Source of the DNA: Histomonas meleagridis 2922-C6/04-290x
Taxonomy: Eukaryota; Protista; Parabasalia
Reading direction: 5' to 3'
NCBI GenBank assembly: GCA_020184695.1
Contig: JAANOX010000153.1
Coordinates: 310,001 to 374,000, forward strand
Length of the DNA stretch: 64,000 bases
Within the stretch, counting starts at the first letter, position 1. Every line of letters begins with the position of its first letter. Below are positions 11,440 through 20,964 of the stretch, one piece after another. The position numbers were made by a program, and so were the translations under genes. The notes under the pieces are model-generated. The model saw only the letters and a list, made by a program, of their open reading frames with translations. It was not told where the DNA came from and ran no database searches.

Positions 11440-11887
11440 AGAACATACGCAAGAATCATTTTACCTGATTGATTATATGATCAAAAATAATTTTTTGGTT
11501 CAAAAACTTGCGATAAACACAATATATATATTTTGCATTACATATCAGAAGAAGATACGCGGAATCATTTGATGGCTTCACTTAAAAAAATTATGATGAG
11601 CTAATAAAAAATGATGTGAACTTCATAAGAAATATATTAAAGAAGGGCATAATCCAAATGAAATTGCGAAAATAATTCTAAATGATGAAATCGAAAAACT
11701 TCAAGAAACATCATCACAAGGAAATTTTGATTTTAATCAAACAATTGAACCATCACTTTATGAAAGATGTTCATTTGTTAATCATAAAAATGTTACGTTA
11801 ATTGATTATGCAGCATTTTTTGGATCAGTTAAATGTTTTAAATATTTACTTATGAATGGTGCATATGTACATAACACAGAAAAATAA
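11440..11887 (+). pseudogene. Truncated DUF3447/ankyrin-family paralog
   Basis: 11618-11887 reads ELHKKYIKEGHNPNEIAKIILNDEIEKLQE..LYERCSF..LIDYAAFFGSVKCFKYLL*, near-identical to the reverse complement of about 16105-16362. The upstream part is frameshifted. Confidence 0.75.
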
Positions 11888-12315
11888 AAAATAATTCAAG
11901 AATAAATAGAACGGCTATGTACATAGCAATCCAAACCAGACAAGAAAATCATCTAATCATCAACACATACCGACGATTGCAAATCACAGTGGCTGAGATC
12001 CCTAAGAGATATCTCTTTCTCTGAGAATATTCGAAAGTTTATTTTTCGCTAATTTCTTTCGATTCACGATACACGAATATAAAAATTAATGTAAAAAAAT
12101 GTACGCATTACATCGAATGCAAATAATAAATGGTATTAAAGAAAAAAAACAGAAAACTTAGAGAATCAATCAAATCGTAAAATATCGAAATTTCACTTTT
12201 AGACAATTCTACCATTTCTATGTTGGGTATCTGCTATGGCTTGTGGGATCGCAACAATATCTCAATGTGAACAAAAGAAATTAGATCACTTCAATGACTT
12301 TTGAATGTAAGTAAA

Positions 12316-12959
12316 TTATTGTAAAACACAAGCTTCTTTGTCGCCACTAATTTTCTTCTTTTTCCCTTTATCCTTTTTTTCTGTTTTTGATTCGAGATTT
12401 TGTTTTTCAATTATCATCCTTACAAGTTTCTCAAATGTTTCCTTTACCCCTTGTCCTGTTTCTGCAGACACGTCAAAAAATGGTATAGATTCATTTGCAA
12501 TCATTTCCTTTTTTCTGATGGGATGATAAAATCTTTTAAATCACATTTATTGAAGCATACAACGATAGGAACACTATTTGAACCGTTCCATTCCCTGAGT
12601 GCATTAAACATTTCGGGAAGCTGTGAATAAGATTCAACATTATCGAATGAGCAAACAATAAGAAATCCATCTTGCCTTCTGAAAATTTCTGGCTTTTCTT
12701 CAAAAAATCCTGCTATTTCTGTAATTTCAAGTTTATGTTTTTTACCATCAATTTCAAGATTATAAATCAAAGTATCTGAAATTGTAGGTTCAAAACAAGG
12801 CTGATAAGAATTCATAACAAGCCTGATAACAACACATGTAATCCCAGTAACATTTACGTTGCTACAAGCAATGATTCGAATTGAAGTTAACTGATAAATT
12901 GAATGATTAGCCGTATCAAATCGTGTAAATATATCAAAAAGTTGTATGTGAAAATACAA
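12316..12959 (-). pseudogene. Divergent Ras-family GTPase, split by a 1-nt frameshift in an A6 run; no in-frame ATG
   Basis: EPTISD, EIDG..LEITEIAG, DGFLIVCS, PIVVCFNKCDL, then in the next frame FFDVSAETGQGV and a CaaX end (CVLQ). The P-loop is degenerate. Confidence 0.7.
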
Positions 12960-13184
12960 CTAGAAAATGTTCTATTCAAAACAAATAAAGGATTCTTTCT
13001 AAAAATCAATCAATTTGATGCTACACATTTTCACGGGAAATAGGAACCATTCAATAAAAATCTCATTACAATGTCATAAATTTTGACATTGAAAATTTTA
13101 AAATTATTTAATATTATCCCACTATATAATATGAGCTAGCATTCGGATCCAAGTGGTAGGGGGTTACTTCTAATATAAAAAAAA

Positions 13185-13330
13185 ACGATTTTAATGATAA
13201 AGATATTGAAATATCCCAATATTTTATTTAACAATTATTATAAAAATTAAAAAACAAAAAAAAAAAAAAAATTAGAAACTTATTTATATTTGTTTAAAAC
13301 AGCACTTATTTTTGCATCTAGATTTAAATC
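13185..13330 (+). pseudogene. Relic spacer-interrupted ankyrin fragment
   Basis: GAT TTT AAT GAT AAA GAT ATT (DFNDKDI), a 94-nt AT-rich gap containing a long A run, then TTT AAA ACA GCA CTT ATT TTT GCA TCT (FKTALIFAS) and a stop. Confidence 0.5.
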
Positions 13331-13367
13331 GTAGAAATTAATTTTTAGAGTCAAAAACAAACTTACC

Positions 13368-13823
13368 TTATTTTTCAGGTTTCTGTGTCTCTTCTGTTTT
13401 TTCGGGTAAAAGGGATTTCATAATTGGAAAATTATCATGCAAATATTTAACTGATTTTTGAACTTTTTTAAGTTTTTGATACCACCATTCTTCTTTCGTT
13501 CTAGGATAATCAGCCCATTTCTTTTCGAATATGTTTGACATGTCGGATGCCATCTTGAATATATTTGAGTTATCAGGATATGTTGTAATTGCATTAGACC
13601 AGATCAATCTAATATCACTGTGGCATTCACCAATACATTTATATTGATTCTCATTTAGTTTTTTTCGAACTGTTGATAGATCCATTGGTTTCTTTGATTT
13701 GTCAAGATAGCCTGCATATCTTTCATCCCCTGGTTCTGCTGGTTCCCTGAATAATTCCGATAGTGGATGTTTTTCGATTTTATCAAGCATTTTCAAGCAG
13801 AATTCCTTTTGGAAGCTAATCAT
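13368..13823 (-). CDS. Single-bromodomain protein
   Basis: HPLSELFREP..YLDKSKKPMDLSTVRKKL..Y....SDIRLIWSNAITT is the bromodomain pattern. Confidence 0.88.
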   Translation of the reverse strand: MISFQKEFCLKMLDKIEKHPLSELFREPAEPGDERYAGYLDKSKKPMDLSTVRKKLNENQYKCIGECHSDIRLIWSNAITTYPDNSNIFKMASDMSNIFEKKWADYPRTKEEWWYQKLKKVQKSVKYLHDNFPIMKSLLPEKTEETQKPEK

Positions 13824-14030
13824 TATTTAATATCGTTTTGGAGTACCCCAAATATTCAGCTTCAAAATTCAAATTTTCTCATATGTTGCAACATGAACAA
13901 AAGGTGAAAAAATTCATACCACAAAATGTCCTTATGTTATAACACCATCTCAACATGTTTAATTATATGTATTAAATAAACGCACATAAAGTTTTACTTA
14001 CATATGTAAAAATATTTTTGAGTTATTATA

Positions 14031-15281
14031 CAGGGGGATGAAAAAGTACCCGACCCACCCCTGTAATTCTTTATTAAGAATGAATTAAAACATAAAATGG
14101 TATTTATATATAAGTATAAACTCTTGTGTATTTAAGTATATAAAAATTTTCGAAAAATATGAATTCAGTAAAAAGTTATATACGTTTAAATTTTCGAACG
14201 TTTAAAATAATTGGTATTATGTCTATTGAGCAAAGGTATGTCATTCATTTTTTAATGCTACAAGGCCAAGGTTGCAGGAAAATCAAAAAGCAATTAGATG
14301 ATACGTATAAGGAGGAAGCATACTCTGAAACCCAAATAAAATATCGGATTAAAAGCTGGAAGTAGGGTAGAACCACAGGCGAAGATCTCCCAAGGAGTGG
14401 AAGGCCAAAAATCGATATTAAGGAATTAATTTTAAATTTTCTCAATGATGAATTTTATGCATCAACCGAGGTAATGGCAAGAGCTTTCCACGTTGATAAA
14501 TTTGTTGTTAAGAGAAACTTATTAGAAATGAATCATAAAAAATATTAAAAGAAGTGGATTCCTCATTTACTCACTAATGAACAAAAATTAGAAAGGGTCA
14601 AAGAATCAGAAGAACTTTTAGAAATACTTAAAGCAGGTGAACCAAACAATTTGGCCAATATTATTACTGTTGATGAAAGTCGGTTATATATGCATTATGA
14701 TCATGCCTTTCAATGGGCACCAAATCCAGATTCTGTTACACCAAGGTTGAGACAAAGTATCAATACAAAAAAATGGATGGTTACAATATTCTTTACTGGT
14801 GTTGGCCTTGTAACAGTTAAGATTTTAGATCCAGGTTTAAAATTTAATTCAACACATTTTTGTGGATGCATTTTATCCAGCATCGTCAAAAATGGACGAA
14901 TTGGTACTAGAAAGAAAAAAGTTAAGGGCATGTTTATTCATATGGACAACTGTCGCATTCATAATTCAAAAGTGACCACTGATTGTATAAAAAAAAGCGG
15001 ACTAATAAGAGCACCCCATCCGCCATATTCCCCCGATATGAAAAACAAGTTCGCAGGTAAATCATTTCACGATGAAAAAGAGTTAAAAAGTGCCATCAAA
15101 GAAATATGGGACAATCTTACTTTCGAAGACCTTCAAAATGTGTTCCATGAATGGATTAACCGATTGGAAGATGTCATTAGAAACAATGGTGAATACATTA
15201 ATTAAAAACATTAACTAAATTAATTAATATTAAGATTTGAGCATTTTTGAGGGGTGGGTTGGGTACTTTTTCACCCCCCTG
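14031..15281 (+). mobile_element. Mariner (IS630-Tc1-mariner) DNA transposon, full length but inactivated
   Basis: 32-bp TIRs (14031-14062 CAGGGGGATGAAAAAGTACCCGACCCACCCCT; 15250-15281, 2 mismatches), TA on both sides (14029-30, 15282-83), 1251 bp. Confidence 0.95.
14219..15205 (+). pseudogene. Mariner transposase pseudogene
   Basis: One frame from ATG 14219 with stops at 14363 (TAG) and 14546 (TAA). It has the RSGRP, WIPHLL, ITVDES, HMDN and HPPYSPD motifs. The LAPSD segment carrying the third catalytic Asp is missing. Confidence 0.9.
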
Positions 15282-15406
15282 TAAATTGTTTATACTCATT
15301 TAATGAAAACAATTAATAATATATTTAAGTTTTGCTTCGGTTAATTTCAAAAGAATATTTGGAAACAATTATGAAATATTATAATAAATAAAAAATAATT
15401 CATAAA

Positions 15407-15496
15407 AATATCATCACTATTGATATAAATTCCTTCTTGTTCAAGAAGTATTTTAACTATTTTTTTATGATCTCTTTTAGCTCTCATAATTGCAGT
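15407..15496 (-). CDS. Additional out-of-frame ankyrin unit of the preceding gene (candidate downstream exon)
   Basis: TAIMRAKRDHKKIVKILLEQEGIYINSDD begins 83 nt after the Asp codon (15582-15580) of the previous unit, in a different frame. Confidence 0.6.
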
Positions 15497-16833
15497 AAAA
15501 AATAATTTAAATAATTACCAAATATCATAATATAATCCAAAAATAATAAAATAATTATCAAAAAAAAAAACATAAAAATATCTTCTGCATTAATATCAAT
15601 TCCTTTTTGTTCAAGAAGTAATTTTACTATTTCTGTATAACCATCTTCAGCTGCCAGCATAAGCGCTGTCTCAAGTAATTTGAATAATGTATTTTTAAAG
15701 CTGATATAGATTCCTTTTTGATTTAATACATAATTAACAAGTTCAATATTTCCTGATTTCGTAGAAAAAATTAAAATATCTTTTGGAAGTTGATTTATTT
15801 TGAAAAAATATTTCACAGGAAATATATTTCCATTTTTTGCTGCTTCATTAATAATGTTGTAATCAATTTTCATTCCTTTTTCTTCTAAAAATATGAAAAT
15901 TTCATAATTGTGATATAAGATACATATTTTTCCTAATCCTTCTATATAATCAATATCTCCAATTTCATTTTCATAAAGATAATTGAAAATATCATTTCGA
16001 TGGAATTTTATTGCTGTTTCATATGCATCTTCAAATGATGAATGATTTTGTTCACATAAATGAATGATTTCTTCGTTTCCACCTGCAACTGCATATTTAC
16101 CTGTATATTTGATATTTGCACCATTTACAAGCAAATATTTAAAACATTTAACTGAGCAAAAAAATGCTGCATAATCAATTAACGAAACATTTTCTTCATT
16201 AATAAAAGAACATCTTTCATAAAGTGATGGTTCTATTGTTTGATTAAAATCAAAATTTCCTTGTGATGATATTTCTTGAAGTTTTTCGATTTCATCATTT
16301 AGAATTATTTTCGCAATTTCATTTGGATTATGCCCTTCTTTAATATATTTCTTATGAAGTTCCCAATCATTCTTTGAGAGATCTTCAAAATTTTCTAAGA
16401 TTTGTTTCATAAAATAATTATATTGAATTTTACTTATATCTTCTTTTGACATATAATGTACAAAATATGATTTTTTTTGTTTTCTGATGATTTTTGAATT
16501 AATATAATTATATTCAATCAGATTTTCAAGAAAATAATATGATTCTTGGGTGCCTTTATGAACCAGAATGTCCTTGAATATTTTTAAAATGTTTGAATTA
16601 ATTTTGTTACTCTCTTCAAGTGATTCAATTTCTTTCACAAAATTTAAAAACATACCAAAATTACAAATGTTAATAGTTTTAGCATATGATGCATATATAA
16701 TTTGAGAAACAATTATGTTGTAAGATATTGGGTGGACATTATCAAAATTTTTAATTATTGCTTTTGTTGTTTCAATAAAATTTTCTTTGCTTATATTAAA
16801 ACTCATTTCCTTGATCAAAGCAAGTATTTCCAT
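15484..16833 (-). CDS. DUF3447-type protein with C-terminal ankyrin repeats; ORF reads through an AT-rich spacer and stops
   Basis: Parabasalid ankyrin-family N-terminus (ILNDEIEKLQ..LIDYAAFF..KCFKYLL..AVAGGNEEII) plus ETALMLAAEDGYTEIVKLLLEQKGIDINAED. Confidence 0.82.
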   Translation of the reverse strand: MEILALIKEMSFNISKENFIETTKAIIKNFDNVHPISYNIIVSQIIYASYAKTINICNFGMFLNFVKEIESLEESNKINSNILKIFKDILVHKGTQESYYFLENLIEYNYINSKIIRKQKKSYFVHYMSKEDISKIQYNYFMKQILENFEDLSKNDWELHKKYIKEGHNPNEIAKIILNDEIEKLQEISSQGNFDFNQTIEPSLYERCSFINEENVSLIDYAAFFCSVKCFKYLLVNGANIKYTGKYAVAGGNEEIIHLCEQNHSSFEDAYETAIKFHRNDIFNYLYENEIGDIDYIEGLGKICILYHNYEIFIFLEEKGMKIDYNIINEAAKNGNIFPVKYFFKINQLPKDILIFSTKSGNIELVNYVLNQKGIYISFKNTLFKLLETALMLAAEDGYTEIVKLLLEQKGIDINAEDIFMFFFLIIILLFLDYIMIFGNYLNYFLLQL

Positions 16834-16878
16834 TTTTTTTTATTTGATTTTCATTTTTCAAAAGTGAACGGTTTGAAT

Positions 16879-18519
16879 ATGAGAACGTTTATTTCGAATG
16901 ATTCACTTCACATCAAAATTTTTCCGTCAGAAGAAGTTCCCTTAGTTCCAGTTCCCGGTATTTGGGTTCAATCATCAGACATAATTCCGCCAAGTGTAGC
17001 AAATCCAGAAAATGCAGCAAATTTTTTAAATAATATAAAAATTGATCCAATTTCAAAAGACTCAACAACTCGTGCAATAATTCCTGTATTACCTGCAATT
17101 ACAGCAACTATTAAACATGTAGATCGGCCAATATTAACACAAGCTCCACTCAAACATTCTGACTCTCCTTATACAAATACTCACTACAAAGGGATTCGCA
17201 GCGGCCAAAGAAGTAGCATTATTCGATGCACTGATTCACCACCACCCAATTCCTGGATTATAGCATATGGACCAAATTGCAATTATTCTCCAGATCCACA
17301 AGGAAATACTTATCTTCGACTCAAAGGCTGCGGCATGTGGACTTCAAGCACTCCACTTCCTTTTCCTGGGATTACACTTGAAGATACCAACTCTCGTTAT
17401 TTCAAAGAATCCACCGAAACACCGGTCAAACTTGTTGATATTCGAGGCTATTCATATCCCATTACTTCTTCTACTGAACTTTACATGTCCCAAAAACTTA
17501 CATCGATTTTCAATAAACTTGGTCTCCTCTTTGGGAATGAGCCACTCGGCTTCTGGAACTATGCCAATCTTCTCAACGATCCGACACCACTCATTCAAAA
17601 GTCTGTTGCCATCTTTCGTACATATGGCGATCTTCGACTTGAACATCATCTTTTTTCAGGACTTGAACTTTTTCTCCAAACAAAACTTCCAGAAGAGATT
17701 GCAACCAAATCACTTTCTTTAATCTCAACTCTATATTCCTCTTGTTCAATCTGCGCGCCATCCAACAACAACAAAACATATCAACGAATTGATTTACTTA
17801 ACTTTTCTAATTATGAAAATTTCATCATTGATCATCAAAATGATTTCTCTTCTGGAACCATTCAAGGCCTCATGCCTAATGACCTAATTTCATGCGGGTT
17901 TATATCTCCGGATAAACTCTATTCGGTAATTAAAGATATAATGATCACAGACAGGATATCATTAATCCAATTTATGAAGTTATATGGCCGAATTGGATGG
18001 GAAGTAGGGCGTATACTCTCCATCATACATCGCTGTGGTATTAGTTGGGGCACATATGTTGATCATTGTGATGAAAAATTACATTTTAATTCGCATGGAG
18101 ATAATATGTATATTATCCCCAAAGAATATTCACAACGAAGAAATGACGGTAAATATCAAATACTCGCGCCAATAGATTTCGATATGGCTTTCGATCGAGA
18201 TATGGCTTTAAATACTTATAAGAACCCACCAATGCCTGATAAAAAGTATTGCCAATTCACAACGGAAATACAATTCATGTTAAACGCGATCGATGGATTG
18301 TTACAGTTGGGGATTTTTAGTTGTATGATCTTCAAAAGAGATCAATTGAATCAGCCATATAATGACTTGATTTGGTGTTGTAGAGATGTTTGCACATGGG
18401 AATTCTTTAATGGAATAATGTGTCCGCTGGAAGAGTTAAAGGATAACGATTTGACTTTGGAGCAAGCTTACGAAATAATAGAACCTGCTTTGGATATTAC
18501 AAAAAATATTTCTGCATAA
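16879..18519 (+). CDS. Atypical kinase-fold protein, SelO/YdiU-like (tentative)
   Basis: RSGQRS..YLRLKGCG..RG...TELYMS, and late HFNSHGDNM..LAPIDFD, echo the SelO LKGxG / R..E / NTDN..IDYG arrangement. Confidence 0.45.
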   Translation: MRTFISNDSLHIKIFPSEEVPLVPVPGIWVQSSDIIPPSVANPENAANFLNNIKIDPISKDSTTRAIIPVLPAITATIKHVDRPILTQAPLKHSDSPYTNTHYKGIRSGQRSSIIRCTDSPPPNSWIIAYGPNCNYSPDPQGNTYLRLKGCGMWTSSTPLPFPGITLEDTNSRYFKESTETPVKLVDIRGYSYPITSSTELYMSQKLTSIFNKLGLLFGNEPLGFWNYANLLNDPTPLIQKSVAIFRTYGDLRLEHHLFSGLELFLQTKLPEEIATKSLSLISTLYSSCSICAPSNNNKTYQRIDLLNFSNYENFIIDHQNDFSSGTIQGLMPNDLISCGFISPDKLYSVIKDIMITDRISLIQFMKLYGRIGWEVGRILSIIHRCGISWGTYVDHCDEKLHFNSHGDNMYIIPKEYSQRRNDGKYQILAPIDFDMAFDRDMALNTYKNPPMPDKKYCQFTTEIQFMLNAIDGLLQLGIFSCMIFKRDQLNQPYNDLIWCCRDVCTWEFFNGIMCPLEELKDNDLTLEQAYEIIEPALDITKNISA

Positions 18520-18813
18520 AAAAGTGAATATGTTTCTATTATAAAAATAATGCGGTTAAATTAAAAATATAGGGAAAATGATCATTTCATTTCTGCATTT
18601 ATAAAGAGATCTTTAGCAAATCATTTGATTTCTGTCTAAATTGGTTATTCCTTGTATTAGTTTTAGATTTTTTCATGTTTGTAATTGGGTTTGCAGATTT
18701 TCGAAGTACATTAGTTATGAAAACAACCATAATTGTCATTTCAACTTTGAATGTTTTCATTTGTGCCAAGAAAACAAGAATGACATTTTAAGTAAAAGTG
18801 CTTCGAAGTTAAA

Positions 18814-19578
18814 ATGTCTAATTGGAGCACAAGCGCTTGGGGAGGACAATCTAGTGGAGAATGGGCTAGTTCTACATGGGGTAATGACTCTTCAGGTAAT
18901 TATTCAAGAAATTCCTTTGGTGATGATAATACTAAAAATGAAACTAATTTCAAACCATCAACACCACCAAGTTCAAATCAAGAAAAAGATCAAAAGCCAC
19001 CATCACCACAACCTGCGCCAACGACAGATAAAAAAGATGACGCCAAGCCATCAACACCAACAACGAGTTCAAATCAAGAAAAAGATAAAAAGCCACCATC
19101 ACCTACTTCCACACCTGGTGCTCAAGTCTTACCAAATGGAGCCGCTTCTGATATTGAAGATCCCAACACAGGCCCTATTTACTTAATACGTATTCCATGC
19201 CCAGTATTGATACCATACAGCGCCAATGGCAACACGCTTACGACACAACAACCAATGATGCAACAATATCCAATGATTCAACAATATCCAATGATGCAAC
19301 AATATCCACAATATATTCCAATTCCAATTCCAATTCCGTATCCGATGCCATATCCAATGATGCAACAATATCCAATGATGCAACAATACCCAACGGTAAC
19401 ACATTACTCGTCGCAACCACAAAATTCATCAATAGTACATATCGCAGAGCAGCAGGGCTCAAAACAAGAAAGAGGTCAAAACGTTTTCGACATTACCGCA
19501 ATACCCCAATCCCAATACCCATATCCAGCCGTAAAGTATATCCAAATAACAACGCAGCCACCAGAACAGAAGGAATAA
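18814..19578 (+). CDS. Low-complexity Ser/Pro/Gln/Tyr-rich protein
   Basis: 254-aa ATG ORF with a duplicated PSTP..SSNQEKD.KPPSP segment and five PM(M/I)QQY repeats. Confidence 0.7.
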   Translation: MSNWSTSAWGGQSSGEWASSTWGNDSSGNYSRNSFGDDNTKNETNFKPSTPPSSNQEKDQKPPSPQPAPTTDKKDDAKPSTPTTSSNQEKDKKPPSPTSTPGAQVLPNGAASDIEDPNTGPIYLIRIPCPVLIPYSANGNTLTTQQPMMQQYPMIQQYPMMQQYPQYIPIPIPIPYPMPYPMMQQYPMMQQYPTVTHYSSQPQNSSIVHIAEQQGSKQERGQNVFDITAIPQSQYPYPAVKYIQITTQPPEQKE

Positions 19579-20179
19579 GAGGGTACAGCATAAAAACTTC
19601 TCTAAAATTAAATCAAAAAAAATTTTTTTATGAATAACTGAATTTGGAGTTCATAAATCTCTAAAGAGACTGAGTCATTGTTAGGAATGTTGGGGTTTGT
19701 TATCATTTGCCTTAAATTTTGTGCTTAATCGGAGTTTGGCCTTGCGGATCGGCGTCAGCCAAATATGCATTGAAATTTTTGCTTGAAATGTGAACAAAAA
19801 AATGTTTGGGGACACGTTAGCAACGATAGGTAACCCCAAATTAGAAGAACGATACATGTTGGGGTGCACTTTGTCTAATTGCGACTCTTTTTTAATAACG
19901 TCTTTTGTTTGTTTTTAAATAAAAATCCTCATTTTAATTCCATAAGTTACTCTTGATGAGTATTAACATATTAAGTTCTAGAAGATGTAACTGTTTTTGG
20001 TTTAAGTAATTATGGATACTAAGTTTTCAGATATATTTTTTCTTGAAATGATATATTTTGTATGGTTATGTGGATCTTAATCAATTTTTTTGGACTTACT
20101 TGTTTTGATAATTTCTGTGTGGATTTTTTCATTTATGTTTATTATTTTTGATTGGTCATTACATTTTACATTATTTTCA

Positions 20180-20720
20180 TTTTATTTGTATTTCAATTAC
20201 ACCAAAAGTAACTTTAATCTCTTCCTTTTTGCTTTCGGGGATACGAAAACATTTTCTTATAACCATTTGAATATGTAATTATAGTTGGCGTATTAAATGA
20301 TTGAAACAATTTTCACTTTTTTTAAAAAAAATATCAAATTATTAAAATATATTCTTAAATCATTGGATAAATACAAATTCCTTTTTCAATAAATATTTTC
20401 CCTATATAATTGTAACATATGAAATTGTTCTAATTTTCCTATACTATTATCAAAGCTATTATTACCACGTAATTTTATAATTTTCATAATTAAATTTAAT
20501 ATCATTTTTTTTTAAATTTATCTGCTTCATATGCTACTTCAAATGATAAATGACTTCTCATTTACCGACTGTTACTGCATATTTGCTTGTGTTATTTACT
20601 TTTGCATTATTCATAAGTAAATATTTAATATATTTAACAATCCAAAAAATGCTGCATAATATATTAATGGTACGTTTTCGTATTCTAATCAAAGATTTAA
20701 ATAATTTCGATTTTTTTTTT
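20180..20720 (-). pseudogene. Decayed DUF3447/ankyrin-family paralog
   Basis: Frameshifted ENVPLIYYAAFFG / KYLLMNNAKVNNTSKYAVTVG matches the 15484-16833 gene. A degenerate ankyrin unit (..SNGYKK..QKG.D) lies near 20200-20290. Confidence 0.55.
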
Positions 20721-20964
20721 TTTTTAACTAATAAATCAAAGTTTTCTGATGTTAAATAAAAAATAACATCATTAAAAAGTAACATAAATGACATGTGAAT
20801 ACAACATTCTTTTTTCAAGTTATTTATGATCTTTCTTACTCCATCATTAAGTAAAGTTAACAAAGATATAAAAAACGGCTTTTAAAGTGTCAAAAACGCC
20901 AATTTTAAACGTTTATATGTCTTTGGATTTGAAGTAAAAAGTGCATTCTGTCATACACAAAATA

